From the NCBI GenBank assembly GCA_902614395.1, contig CACMKW010000002.1:3356-67355 (forward strand): a DNA stretch of 64,000 nucleotides. The letters are read 5' to 3'. The position numbers and the translations under genes were made by a program. This DNA comes from an uncultured Alphaproteobacteria bacterium. GTDB taxonomy: Bacteria; Pseudomonadota; Alphaproteobacteria; HIMB59; GCA-002718135. The notes beneath the pieces were generated by a model that made no database searches, was not told where the DNA came from, and saw only the letters and a program-made list of their open reading frames with translations. This document shows positions 37,780 through 47,943 of this stretch, one piece after another (position 1 is the first letter of the stretch; each line of letters begins with the position of its first letter).

Positions 37780-39019
37780 ATCTTAATGCTTTAAGTAATA
37801 GATTGGTTTCATTTAGCGAATTGTAATGAGTCATACTTATACGAACTACTCCATCATTTGTGTCAATACCCAAATCTCTTAAACAGCGCCAAGCATAAAA
37901 ATTATCATTTCTTGTAGCAATCTTTTTTGATACAAGCTTTTTACTAATTTCTTTAGAGCTAATTTCTTTAGAGTAAAAAGATATTGTTGGTGCTCTATTT
38001 TTATCTTTTATATTATTCTTGCCAATTAGTTTAAATTTATTATTTTTAGATAAATATTCTAAAACTGGATTAGCAATAGTTTCTTCATGATAGGAAATAA
38101 GCGAGTTAATTTTTTTAATTTTTTCTAATAAATTTTTTTCTTTTTTTGAAAAATGATGATTATATAAATTATCAAAATATTCATATATACCAACCAATGA
38201 TACTAATTCTTCATGATTTGGACCTCCAGGATTAATAGTATATGGATATTTACCATCTAAAAATTCATGGTTTTGATTTGGTAGAGTTTTTAATAATTTT
38301 TCTTTACCGTATAATAAAGCTAAATGAGGTCCATAGGTTTTGTAGAGACTAAAAGTATAAAAATCAACATCTAGTTCTTTTACATCAGGAAAACCATGTG
38401 GAGCATACGATACCCCATCACCAATTACTATTGTGCCATGATTATGTGCTAAGTCTGAAATTTCTCTTAAATTATTAACTGATCCAACAATATTTGAACA
38501 ATGAGTTACTGCTAGTATTTTAGTTTTATCACTAATAATTTTTTTTAATTCATCAATTTCTAGTTCATGATTTTTAGGATTAAACTTCCATTCAATTATT
38601 TTTGCACCAAATTCTTCAAGTTTTCTCCATGGACTAATATTTGCTTCATGATCCTGGTTTGTAACTATAACTTCATCACCAACATTTATAAATTTTCTAA
38701 GAGCATTAGATAACACGTACAAATTTATCGATGTAGATCCACCTATTAAAATTTCATTCTCCTGCGCATTGATCATATTTGCAAAAAGTTTTATGGCTCT
38801 ATCCATATTTTCTCCTGCTATTTTAGACATTGGATATTCAGCATAGGGTTGAACTTTAGTAGAAATCATAAAATTTTTTAAATTATCAATAACATTTTGC
38901 GGAACATAACTTCCTCCTGCATTTTCAAAAAATGACCAATCTTTTGAAAGAGGATCTTTGAATGCTGGAAACTGTGATCTTACGAATTCTATATCAAGTT
39001 TAATATTTTCTAGTGTCAA
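37772..39019 (-). CDS. Class V aminotransferase-fold PLP enzyme (cysteine-desulfurase/SufS-like fold, function unknown)
   Basis: AVTHCSNIVG and the PLP-lysine context FSLYKTYGPH. 415 aa. Its 3' end overlaps the convergent dehydrogenase gene by 8 nt. Confidence 0.8.
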   Translation of the reverse strand: MTLENIKLDIEFVRSQFPAFKDPLSKDWSFFENAGGSYVPQNVIDNLKNFMISTKVQPYAEYPMSKIAGENMDRAIKLFANMINAQENEILIGGSTSINLYVLSNALRKFINVGDEVIVTNQDHEANISPWRKLEEFGAKIIEWKFNPKNHELEIDELKKIISDKTKILAVTHCSNIVGSVNNLREISDLAHNHGTIVIGDGVSYAPHGFPDVKELDVDFYTFSLYKTYGPHLALLYGKEKLLKTLPNQNHEFLDGKYPYTINPGGPNHEELVSLVGIYEYFDNLYNHHFSKKEKNLLEKIKKINSLISYHEETIANPVLEYLSKNNKFKLIGKNNIKDKNRAPTISFYSKEISSKEISKKLVSKKIATRNDNFYAWRCLRDLGIDTNDGVVRISMTHYNSLNETNLLLKALRSI

Positions 39020-39097
39020 TTTTTCCTCTTCTTGTATATTCTTTTAATCTAATATAGAAAAAAATAAATGTATAATTAATTTAAAACCTTATTATTC

Positions 39098-40528
39098 ATG
39101 ATTGATAAACGAAAATTTTATATAAATGGTACTTGGATTAATCCAATTATAAAGAATGATTTTGAGGTTATTAATCCCTCTAATGAACAACCGTACGCAA
39201 CTATTTCTTTAGGATCTAAAAAAGATGTAGATATAGCAGTAAATACTGCAAAAAAAGCATTTATTATGTGGAGTCAGTTAGATAAAAAAGAAAAAATTAG
39301 TTTACTAGAAAATCTACTTAAGATTTATAAAAGTAGATGGGATGAAATAACTCAAACAATGTCTGAGGAAATGGGAGCACCATTAGACTGGTCATCTTCT
39401 GCCCAAACTTCTTCAGGAGCAGATCATATTGACGATTTTATTTTAAGATTAAAAAATTTTGAATTTGAAAAAAGATTTAATAAAAATTCTAATAATTATA
39501 TAGTTTATGAACCAATTGGAGTATGTGGTCTTATTACTCCATGGAATTGGCCTATAAATCAAATCACATTAAAAGTAATTCCTGCCTTAGCAACTGGCTG
39601 TACAATGATATTAAAACCTTCAGAAATTGCACCTATGTCAGGGATCATTTTTGCGGAAATAATACATGAAGCAGGTTTTCCTCCAGGTGTTTTTAATTTA
39701 GTTAATGGTGATGGAGATGGTGTAGGCACGGATTTATCATCTCATAAAGATATTGATATGATATCTTTTACTGGATCAACAAGAGCAGGAAAACTTATTT
39801 CTAAAAACGCGGCAGATACTATAAAAAGAGTTTGCTTAGAACTAGGAGGTAAGGGGGGTAATATTGTTTTTAGTGATTCACATCCAGAAGCAGTAAGAGA
39901 AGGTGTAAGGAATATAATGAGTAATTCTGGTCAATCTTGTGATGCGCCAACAAGAATGCTAGTTGAAAAATCAATCTATAAAAGAGCAATAGAAGAGGCG
40001 GCTGATGAGGCAAGTAAAATCAAAGTTGATATTGCTTCTAAGAATGGAAATCATATTGGTCCAGTTATTTCTAAAACACAATATGATAAAATTATTGATC
40101 TAATTAATAGTGGAATAAATGAGGGCGCTACTCTCGTTGCTGGAGGTCCTGAAAAACCAAATGGTTTAGAAAAAGGTTATTTTGTTAAACCAACAATTTT
40201 TACAGATGTAACTAATGATATGAGAATTGCAAAAGAAGAGATTTTTGGACCAGTACTCTCTATAATTCCATTTGAAGATGAAGATGAAGCTATATCGATT
40301 GTTAACGATACATCCTATGGTTTAGGAAACTACGTGCAAACTCAAGATATAGAAAAGGCAAAAAGAGTTGCAAGAAAATTTAGATCTGGAGGTGTTTATA
40401 TAAATGGAAATAGCGCTGATCCAGGAACTCCCTTTGGTGGTTATAGACAATCAGGCAATGGAAGAGAGGGGGGTGATTGGGGTCTAGAAGAATATTTAGA
40501 AATTAAAACTATCTGCGGATGGGAATGA
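39098..40528 (+). CDS. NAD(P)+ aldehyde dehydrogenase
   Basis: FTGSTRAGK, ELGGKG, catalytic GQSCDA, EEIFGPV. Confidence 0.9.
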   Translation: MIDKRKFYINGTWINPIIKNDFEVINPSNEQPYATISLGSKKDVDIAVNTAKKAFIMWSQLDKKEKISLLENLLKIYKSRWDEITQTMSEEMGAPLDWSSSAQTSSGADHIDDFILRLKNFEFEKRFNKNSNNYIVYEPIGVCGLITPWNWPINQITLKVIPALATGCTMILKPSEIAPMSGIIFAEIIHEAGFPPGVFNLVNGDGDGVGTDLSSHKDIDMISFTGSTRAGKLISKNAADTIKRVCLELGGKGGNIVFSDSHPEAVREGVRNIMSNSGQSCDAPTRMLVEKSIYKRAIEEAADEASKIKVDIASKNGNHIGPVISKTQYDKIIDLINSGINEGATLVAGGPEKPNGLEKGYFVKPTIFTDVTNDMRIAKEEIFGPVLSIIPFEDEDEAISIVNDTSYGLGNYVQTQDIEKAKRVARKFRSGGVYINGNSADPGTPFGGYRQSGNGREGGDWGLEEYLEIKTICGWE

Positions 40529-40529
40529 T

Positions 40530-41669
40530 CTAAACTTTAATATTATTAAAATAATTTAATCTTCCTATTATTTCATCTCTTTCAATATAATATCCTTGAA
40601 GATGTCTATTTCCAGAGTTTGGATCAAATTCAGTCCTACCATGTAATACTCTTCTATTGTTAAAACAAAATATATCACCTGCCTTTAATCTAAAATCAAT
40701 TTTAAATTTTTTGTTTTGAAGCAGTGATGCAAAATATTGGTAGGCATCATAAAATTTTTTCATTTTTTTTGGATCAACATCAACTGCTCCCATTGCAGCC
40801 ATACTAAATCTGATATCATTGAAATCATTATCTTTTGTAAGTGTTATTATTGGTGAATGAAGAATTCTGACAGCTTTTTGAGTATAATCAGTATCTTTGA
40901 ATTTAACGTGAGTTTTTGTTAAAATATTAAAAACATCTTTTTCATTTTTTTTTAAATAATTTGCAACTGCAAAACCATCTACAACAGATGATAATCCACC
41001 ATTAGCTTCATTTACTAAGCAATGGAGAAACTGATAACCAGGAGCATATTCAAAATAAGGTAAGTCGGTGTGATTTCTTAATGCATCTGCCGTATAAGCG
41101 GTGTTATTTGGCTTTGGAATGTTAATTACTTCAAATGGTGTACCAAAAAATGTTTCTCTATGATGGCTTATTCTATTTAATATTTTGAATGCTGATTTTT
41201 TGCTAGTTGGTGCATTTTTGATTAATGCAAAACCATAAGTATGAAGTAAATTTAACCATTTACTTAAATTTTTGTCATTTTTTATTACACTATTATGATC
41301 AACAATAATTTTCTTTAAATTTTTTTTTAATTTACCATCCCAAAAAACATAAGGTGATTTATATTTTCGATTATTTATTTCGGTATAACAATGATCTCTT
41401 AACCATTTTAAATTGAACTTGCTATTATGATCACCTTCACTCCAATCAATGTTGAGTTTATTTTTTTCAATTTTATACTTTTTAGGAAATATATTTTTAC
41501 TAACAGTTAAAATATTAAAGACTCGCATATTTGCAGTAGGATGTATTGCTGTTGGACAATTATCTCTTAACCACATAAAATGGAATTTACTTTCAAAATT
41601 ATCTTTCCACAAAATACTTAAATGGTCATTCTTTTTTTCTAATTTTTTTACATGATATTTACTACTCAT
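40530..41669 (-). CDS. Gamma-butyrobetaine/trimethyllysine dioxygenase-like Fe(II)/2-oxoglutarate oxygenase (DUF971 + TauD fold)
   Basis: N-terminal LSILWKDNFESKFHFMWLRDNC and NIDWSEGDHNSKFNLKWLRDHC (DUF971 pattern). HxD facial-triad segment NHTDLPYFEYAPGYQFLHC and C-terminal NRRVLHGR. Confidence 0.8.
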   Translation of the reverse strand: MSSKYHVKKLEKKNDHLSILWKDNFESKFHFMWLRDNCPTAIHPTANMRVFNILTVSKNIFPKKYKIEKNKLNIDWSEGDHNSKFNLKWLRDHCYTEINNRKYKSPYVFWDGKLKKNLKKIIVDHNSVIKNDKNLSKWLNLLHTYGFALIKNAPTSKKSAFKILNRISHHRETFFGTPFEVINIPKPNNTAYTADALRNHTDLPYFEYAPGYQFLHCLVNEANGGLSSVVDGFAVANYLKKNEKDVFNILTKTHVKFKDTDYTQKAVRILHSPIITLTKDNDFNDIRFSMAAMGAVDVDPKKMKKFYDAYQYFASLLQNKKFKIDFRLKAGDIFCFNNRRVLHGRTEFDPNSGNRHLQGYYIERDEIIGRLNYFNNIKV

Positions 41670-41719
41670 TTTTAAATATTTATATCTGAATAATTTATCT
41701 TAGTATATTAAACAAATTA

Positions 41720-42580
41720 ATGAAATCGAAAAATAATAATCTCTTGGGAATTTCTTTCATGTTATTTTCCATGTTTTGTCTCAGTATAAATGATATCACG
41801 TATAAATATTTAAGCTTTCATTTTCCTGTATGGGAATCAATATTCTTCAGAGCACTAAGTGGAAGTATCATTTCAACTTTTTCAGCAATGTATTTTGGAT
41901 TTGATAAGTTAAAAACTAAAAAACCAGTTGGGCATGCTATCCGAGCTCTTTCTGCTTCTGGTTGTGTTGTATTCTATATTTACGGAATTAATTATTTAAT
42001 GTTATCTGAAAATATTGCTATTGCACATTCTGCTCCCATTATTGCCGCTTTTCTTGCTGTACCAATACTTGGCGAGAGAATTGGGATTTTTAGAACAACT
42101 GCAATATTAATTGGTTTTATTGGTGTGTTAATTATTGTTAAGCCTGGTACTGACTTGTTCAAATTAGAATCACTCTATCCTCTAATATCTGCAGCTTTTA
42201 TGGCTTCTGTTTATTTATCAACTAGATCAGTAATGAGTACTGATTCCAGTGTTGCAATTGTTTTTTATTACTCTTTTGCATTATTAATCACGTCAATAAT
42301 ATTTTTCCCTGATAATTTTATTATGCCAAATGGAATTCAATTAATTTTTGCTATGAGTTTAGGTGTGATGGGATCACTAGGACATTTATTTATGTCTCAA
42401 GCATTTAAATACGCAGATGTTGCAATTACTTCACCCTTTGAATACTCATCTTTTATATTTGTAGGAATTATGGGATATTTAATTTATTCTGAGGTTCCAA
42501 CTTTGAGTATTTATTTAGGGGGGACAATAATTATTAGTACTGGAATATTTATAGCTTACAGAGAAAGAAAAAATAGCTAA
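41720..42580 (+). CDS. DMT superfamily (EamA-type) transporter
   Basis: 286 aa, 10 hydrophobic segments arranged as two EamA repeats. Confidence 0.85.
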   Translation: MKSKNNNLLGISFMLFSMFCLSINDITYKYLSFHFPVWESIFFRALSGSIISTFSAMYFGFDKLKTKKPVGHAIRALSASGCVVFYIYGINYLMLSENIAIAHSAPIIAAFLAVPILGERIGIFRTTAILIGFIGVLIIVKPGTDLFKLESLYPLISAAFMASVYLSTRSVMSTDSSVAIVFYYSFALLITSIIFFPDNFIMPNGIQLIFAMSLGVMGSLGHLFMSQAFKYADVAITSPFEYSSFIFVGIMGYLIYSEVPTLSIYLGGTIIISTGIFIAYRERKNS

Positions 42581-42581
42581 A

Positions 42582-43907
42582 TTAAAAAATTATTTCTTTT
42601 AAATTTTTCTTCTTATATTTTTGATTTCTTATTTTATTTAAAATATTTTTTTTACCTCCACACATTAAAAATTTATTATTAATATCTTCGTCTCTTAAGG
42701 GGGTTTTTTTCCCTCCTTTAATATGTGATATTTTTTCAATCAATATACTTCCATCATTCATTATTACTTTAATTATATCAGGATACTTAGGATCATAATC
42801 TTCAAAATTATTTGGCACTTTATACGTGACTAGTTTAATTATTTTAACCATATTTAAACTTTTTTTATTTTTGGAAATATTTAAACTACTTAAATCAAAT
42901 TTACCATTAATCAGAGCAGTTGCTAAACAATAACTCAATGAAAATCTAGCTTCAGTAGAATTTTTAGGTATATGAAATTTTGATACTCTGAACCAAGGTT
43001 CTGGAAACTCAATTGTAATTGATTTAATATTTTTTTTTATAAAAATTTTTTTATTTAAAATTAATCCTCCTTGTATTACTCTTTGTGAATAACTACAAAC
43101 TGGCCAAAACTTAATGAAATTCGGAAATTTAATTATTGCATTTCCTAAATCTGATCTTTTAAAATTATTATTTAATTTTTTAGAAAATTTACTACCATAT
43201 AATTCAATAAATCCTCTCTCAATATTCCAAATATCTTGATTAGCTGTCCCTCCATTTTTTGCAAGTAAGGCTGACTGTACACCTGCTTGGGCGGCAAAAC
43301 CTATATGAAACGCTTTTGTATCTTTTCCGAATTGTTGTTTTAAGCCAGATGAAAAACTTGTGGCAATAGAAATTGCATTTGCCATTTGATCTGCATTTAA
43401 TTTTAACACTTTAGATACTGCTGCAGCAGTTCCAAGCACTCCTATTGTATTTGCTGAATGCCATCCTTTATAATAATGATCATAGCTAAGTGCTTGTCCT
43501 AATTTTATTATTAATTCATATCCTACTACCCATCCTTGATATATTTCTTCAATTGAAATGTTTTTCATTTGAGCGATAGATATAAGAGCTGAAAAAATAG
43601 GGGCACTAGGATGAGATCCAGCTACGTATTCGTAATCATCAAAGTCTGTCGACGCTGATCTTACTCCATGTAAAAAACTTGCAGCAGAAATAGATAATTT
43701 TTTTCCACCTCCAAAAACTTTTATTTTTCCTAAATTATTATTTTCTAAACAATATTTTAAAGCAACCTTTGATTGTTTTTCTTTAACACCTGATAATATA
43801 CAAGCTAGGCTATCTATGAATGCATTTTCTGCTCTTTTATAAGTTACCTTATTTATTCTAATTTTTTTTTGTGATGCCCAATTACAAAATTTTTTATGAA
43901 AACTCAT
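42582..43907 (-). CDS. MmgE/PrpD family protein (2-methylcitrate dehydratase / cis-aconitate decarboxylase superfamily)
   Basis: 441 aa. IDSLACILSG, SHPSAPIFSALI and GWHSANTIGVLG segments as in PrpD-family proteins. Confidence 0.8.
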   Translation of the reverse strand: MSFHKKFCNWASQKKIRINKVTYKRAENAFIDSLACILSGVKEKQSKVALKYCLENNNLGKIKVFGGGKKLSISAASFLHGVRSASTDFDDYEYVAGSHPSAPIFSALISIAQMKNISIEEIYQGWVVGYELIIKLGQALSYDHYYKGWHSANTIGVLGTAAAVSKVLKLNADQMANAISIATSFSSGLKQQFGKDTKAFHIGFAAQAGVQSALLAKNGGTANQDIWNIERGFIELYGSKFSKKLNNNFKRSDLGNAIIKFPNFIKFWPVCSYSQRVIQGGLILNKKIFIKKNIKSITIEFPEPWFRVSKFHIPKNSTEARFSLSYCLATALINGKFDLSSLNISKNKKSLNMVKIIKLVTYKVPNNFEDYDPKYPDIIKVIMNDGSILIEKISHIKGGKKTPLRDEDINNKFLMCGGKKNILNKIRNQKYKKKNLKEIIF

Positions 43908-44722
43908 TTTTGAAATTTTGTAATCATTGTGATTTCTTCTTTTTCATTGAGTATTCTTCCAATAATTTCATCTTTTGGATTTCTGCCAATTTCTACAAAT
44001 AAATTATTATTATATACAAGAGGCGCTGTAGCCCTATACTCAAAAGAATTAAAATCAATATCGTTTTTTCTTGCAAGATTTAAAAGATAAGTTGCTTGAA
44101 GAGGTGCATGGACTAATAATCCATTATGACCCTCAAAATTTTTTGTATAATCGTTATCATAATGAATCTTATGTCCATTAAAAGTTAAAGCAGAATATCT
44201 AAACAGCAAAGTTGATGAACTAAAAATTTCTACTTTATCAATTAATTTTAATTCGTCTTTTATTTTAGGAGTAATGGAGTTTTTATTTATTTTTTCTCTA
44301 TAAACAGCAGTTTGATCTTCTGATATTATTAATTTATTTTTATTTAAATATTCATGATTAATATTAACAAAACATAAATTACCTGATCTACCTTCTTTAA
44401 ATTCAATACTTGAAATGGTTGAATTTTTTTTAATTTCAGATCCAATTTCAAATTCATCAAATATTTTTATTTTACCACCAGCCCACATTCTAATTTTATA
44501 AGGTAACTCAGGTAAGAAAATTCCTAATTTTGTATTTCCATCTTTGTCTAGATCATTTAGTGAAGCTATATCTGGGCATAAACATAAAAAAATTCCCTCA
44601 GGAACGGTTTGATCACTTAAACAGTTTTGATCGATTGTTTTTTTTAAATGATCAACTAATCGAGGAGTAATAATATCACTTCTTGAAATTTTCTTTCCAA
44701 TCCAATCTTTGTAATTATTCAT
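43904..44722 (-). CDS. MaoC/hotdog-fold (R)-hydratase-like protein (HTD2 / mesaconyl-CoA hydratase-like)
   Basis: FNGHKIHYDNDYTKNFEGHNGLLVHAPLQATYLL is the hydratase-2 motif region. 4-nt overlap with the prpD-family gene. Confidence 0.65.
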   Translation of the reverse strand: MNNYKDWIGKKISRSDIITPRLVDHLKKTIDQNCLSDQTVPEGIFLCLCPDIASLNDLDKDGNTKLGIFLPELPYKIRMWAGGKIKIFDEFEIGSEIKKNSTISSIEFKEGRSGNLCFVNINHEYLNKNKLIISEDQTAVYREKINKNSITPKIKDELKLIDKVEIFSSSTLLFRYSALTFNGHKIHYDNDYTKNFEGHNGLLVHAPLQATYLLNLARKNDIDFNSFEYRATAPLVYNNNLFVEIGRNPKDEIIGRILNEKEEITMITKFQK

Positions 44723-44782
44723 ATTTAATATACTCGAGTTTACTTATAAATTAATAATTAGTATAATTTATATTTTTAAAAA

Positions 44783-46420
44783 ATGAAAAAAACATTTGAC
44801 TACATAATAGCAGGAGGAGGTTCTGCTGGCTGTACATTAGCCTCAAGATTATCTGAAAATAAGGATATAAAAGTCTTACTAATAGAAGCAGGGGGGTCAG
44901 GAAAAAGTTTATTCACTCAAATGCCCGGTGGTAACGGATACATTTTTGGAAACCCTAAATTTGATTGGGGTTTTGAGTCAATACCTCAACCTTCTTTAAA
45001 TAATAGAAAAATTTTATACCCTAGAGGTAAAGGGCTAGGAGGATCTTCTCTTTTAAACGGTATGATTTACATGAGAGGCGCTCCAGGTGATTTTAATCGG
45101 TGGAGACAAAAGGGCTTAGAGGGTTGGTCATATAATGATGTATTACCATATTTCAAAAGATCTGCCTCAGCTTTTCATAGAGAAAAAAATGAATATCACT
45201 CACATTCAGGTCCTTTAAAACTTACACCAGCTGGTAATTACAATTCTATCGATAAAGCATTTATTGATGCATGTGTTGAAGCTGGGGCAGAAATTAATAA
45301 TGATTTTTACAATGGCAATCTAAATGGAGTAGGCCGATATGATGTTAAAGTATGGAAGGGAAAAAGACAATCATCAGCAGAAGCTTATTTGAAATTTAAA
45401 CCTAGCAATTTAACAATTTATAAAAATACATCTGTAATAAAAATTTTAATTGAGAAAAATAAAGCTAAAGGATTACTTTTATCAAATGGTGAAGTTTATG
45501 CATCATCAGAGGTAATATTATCTTTAGGAGCATTCGGTAGTCCCAAATGTTTAATGTTGTCAGGAATTGGTCCAGAAGAACATTTAAAAGAAAAAAATAT
45601 AGAATTATTAATTAACTTACCTGGAGTAGGTAAAAACCTTCACGATCATCCTGTTATGCCAATGAATTGGGCTTTTCAAAACAACAATTTAAGTTTCTCT
45701 AAATATCAAAGAATCGATAGAGCTATTATTGTGGGTTTAAAATATATTTTATTTAAACAGGGATTAGCCTCAGCTCCTTTTTGGTCAACAAATCTATTTC
45801 ATGCAATAAGAGAAAAAGAAATGCCTGAAATACAAGTGTTCATGACACCTATGTGTTTTAAAGAAGAAAAAGATAACTGGTCTATGAGTTTAGATAATTT
45901 GCTAAATTTTGGTTCATTATTTTTTTCTAGAGGTAAAAAAGCTTTTCCAGGATTACACTTTCAAATTAATTTACTAAGACCAAAGAGCACAGGAAGTGTA
46001 AAACTTAAAAGCTCAAATCCAAATGATGAACTTAATATAAATCCAAATTGGTTCATCGATCCATCTGATATGGAAGACATGATAGAAGGGATGAAGCATA
46101 CAAGAGAAGTATTGTCAAAACCCAGTTTAGCTAAAATTGTTTCGGAAGAATTACTTCCAGGAAAAAAAATCAAAAGTGACCAAGATTTAAAAGAGTCAGT
46201 TCGAAATCATGTACAAACAGGTCATCATCCTGCATCTACTTGCGCAATGGGTTCAAGTAATAACAATATGGCTGTACTTGATAATCAGCTTAAAGTTAGA
46301 GGAATAGACAATCTGAGAGTAGTAGATGCTTCTTCTTTTCCAGATATGATAAGTGGAAATATAAATGCATCTGTAATTATGTTAGCAGAAAAAGCATCAG
46401 ATATGATATTAAAAAATTAA
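44783..46420 (+). CDS. GMC family FAD oxidoreductase (choline dehydrogenase-like)
   Basis: FDYIIAGGGSAGCTLASRLSE, GGSSLLNGMIYMRG, active-site region HHPASTCAMG. Confidence 0.9.
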   Translation: MKKTFDYIIAGGGSAGCTLASRLSENKDIKVLLIEAGGSGKSLFTQMPGGNGYIFGNPKFDWGFESIPQPSLNNRKILYPRGKGLGGSSLLNGMIYMRGAPGDFNRWRQKGLEGWSYNDVLPYFKRSASAFHREKNEYHSHSGPLKLTPAGNYNSIDKAFIDACVEAGAEINNDFYNGNLNGVGRYDVKVWKGKRQSSAEAYLKFKPSNLTIYKNTSVIKILIEKNKAKGLLLSNGEVYASSEVILSLGAFGSPKCLMLSGIGPEEHLKEKNIELLINLPGVGKNLHDHPVMPMNWAFQNNNLSFSKYQRIDRAIIVGLKYILFKQGLASAPFWSTNLFHAIREKEMPEIQVFMTPMCFKEEKDNWSMSLDNLLNFGSLFFSRGKKAFPGLHFQINLLRPKSTGSVKLKSSNPNDELNINPNWFIDPSDMEDMIEGMKHTREVLSKPSLAKIVSEELLPGKKIKSDQDLKESVRNHVQTGHHPASTCAMGSSNNNMAVLDNQLKVRGIDNLRVVDASSFPDMISGNINASVIMLAEKASDMILKN

Positions 46421-46469
46421 TTAATCACAAATAAGTTGACCAATGAAAATATTTAAGTTTAAATAAATT

Positions 46470-47942
46470 ATGTCTGAAATTCAAACCTACAAATTTTATG
46501 CAGGAAATAAATGGCATGACCCTTCTTCTGAAAAATATTTTGAAAGTGAGGATCCATCTATAGGTAAAGTATGGGCAAGGGTCCCTGAATGTAATGAAAA
46601 AGATATTAATCTTGCAGTATCATCTGCTAAACATGCTTATTATGATGGTCCTTATGGTAAAATGCATCCAGCAGAAAGAGGGAGAACTTTAACTAGAATT
46701 GGAGATATTATTGCTAAAAATGCAGAACGCATTGGACAGATAGAAACTAAAGACAACGGCAAACTACCAAAAAATATCACTCCTTCTTTAACCAGCTGGC
46801 AGACTGAGAGTTTTTATTATTATGCAGGCATGTGTGACAAGTATGAAGGTAGATTGATACCTTCAGAGGTTCCAAATATGCATAATTATTTAAAATGGGA
46901 ACCATTTGGAGTTGTTGCACTTATTCTTCCTTGGAACTCACCAATTGGAACATTGATCTGGAAATTAGCGCCGGCAATAGCTGCAGGCAATACAGTTGTA
47001 ATTAAACCATCAGAAAGAGCATCGTGCTCTACATTAGAGTTAATGAAAATTCTAGAAGAAGCCGATCTTCCAGAAGGTTTGATTAATGTTGTTACTGGTT
47101 TTGGTCCTACCACTGGTGCACCTCTTATTGAACACCAAGATGTTAGAATGATAAGTTTTACAGGTGGAACAAAAGGGGGAAGTGCAGCGAGTTTAAGTGC
47201 ATCCAAAAATGTTAAACCCATTATTATGGAGTTAGGTGGTAAATCACCACAAATTATATTCAAAGATGCTGATTTAACTTTATCAGTTAATGGAGTTGTG
47301 TCGGGCATATTTCCAGTTTCAGGCCATAGTTGTATTTCAGGATCAAGGATACTAGTGCATAAAGATATAAAAGATAAATTTACTCATAATTTATTAGAAG
47401 TTGTTAAAAAGGCTAAAGTTGGTCACCCAAATGATACTGCAACACAAATAGGGCCAATAGCAAATAAAGAGCAATATGATTTTATTTTATCTAAAATAGA
47501 AGCGGCCGAAAAAAGAGGTTTAAAATTATTAATTGATGGAAGAAAAGAACAAAAATCTGAAGGGTACTATATTGGACCAACTATTTTTGATAATGTTCCA
47601 AATGAAGACGATTTAGCTCAAAATGAAGTATTTGGACCTGTAGCCTCAATACAAACTTGGGAGGATGAAGATGAAGTAATTAAAATTGCAAACGATACTA
47701 TTTATGGACTTGCAGCAGGAATTTGGACTAATGATACTAATAAAGCTATACGTTTAGCGGATAAGATAGAAGCTGGAACTGTTTATATAAATAATTATTT
47801 TAATGCTTCTACCCAATCACCAGTTGGAGGTTTCAAGCAATCAGGATACGGTCGTGAAAATGGATGGGAGGGAATGCAAAGTTATATGCAGACCAAATCT
47901 ACATGGTTAGCAACTAATCCCTCCCAACCAGATCCATTTTAA
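46470..47942 (+). CDS. NAD(P)+ aldehyde dehydrogenase
   Basis: FTGGTKGG, ELGGKSP, catalytic SGHSCISGSR, NEVFGPV. Confidence 0.9.
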   Translation: MSEIQTYKFYAGNKWHDPSSEKYFESEDPSIGKVWARVPECNEKDINLAVSSAKHAYYDGPYGKMHPAERGRTLTRIGDIIAKNAERIGQIETKDNGKLPKNITPSLTSWQTESFYYYAGMCDKYEGRLIPSEVPNMHNYLKWEPFGVVALILPWNSPIGTLIWKLAPAIAAGNTVVIKPSERASCSTLELMKILEEADLPEGLINVVTGFGPTTGAPLIEHQDVRMISFTGGTKGGSAASLSASKNVKPIIMELGGKSPQIIFKDADLTLSVNGVVSGIFPVSGHSCISGSRILVHKDIKDKFTHNLLEVVKKAKVGHPNDTATQIGPIANKEQYDFILSKIEAAEKRGLKLLIDGRKEQKSEGYYIGPTIFDNVPNEDDLAQNEVFGPVASIQTWEDEDEVIKIANDTIYGLAAGIWTNDTNKAIRLADKIEAGTVYINNYFNASTQSPVGGFKQSGYGRENGWEGMQSYMQTKSTWLATNPSQPDPF

Positions 47943-47943
47943 A

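Noticed and set aside
44745-44772. Inverted repeat TATAAATTA-N10-TAATTTATA in the divergent region between the hotdog hydratase and the GMC oxidase.
   Set aside because: Its 9-bp arms are made only of A/T, which is plausible by chance in AT-rich intergenic DNA, and I saw no second copy.
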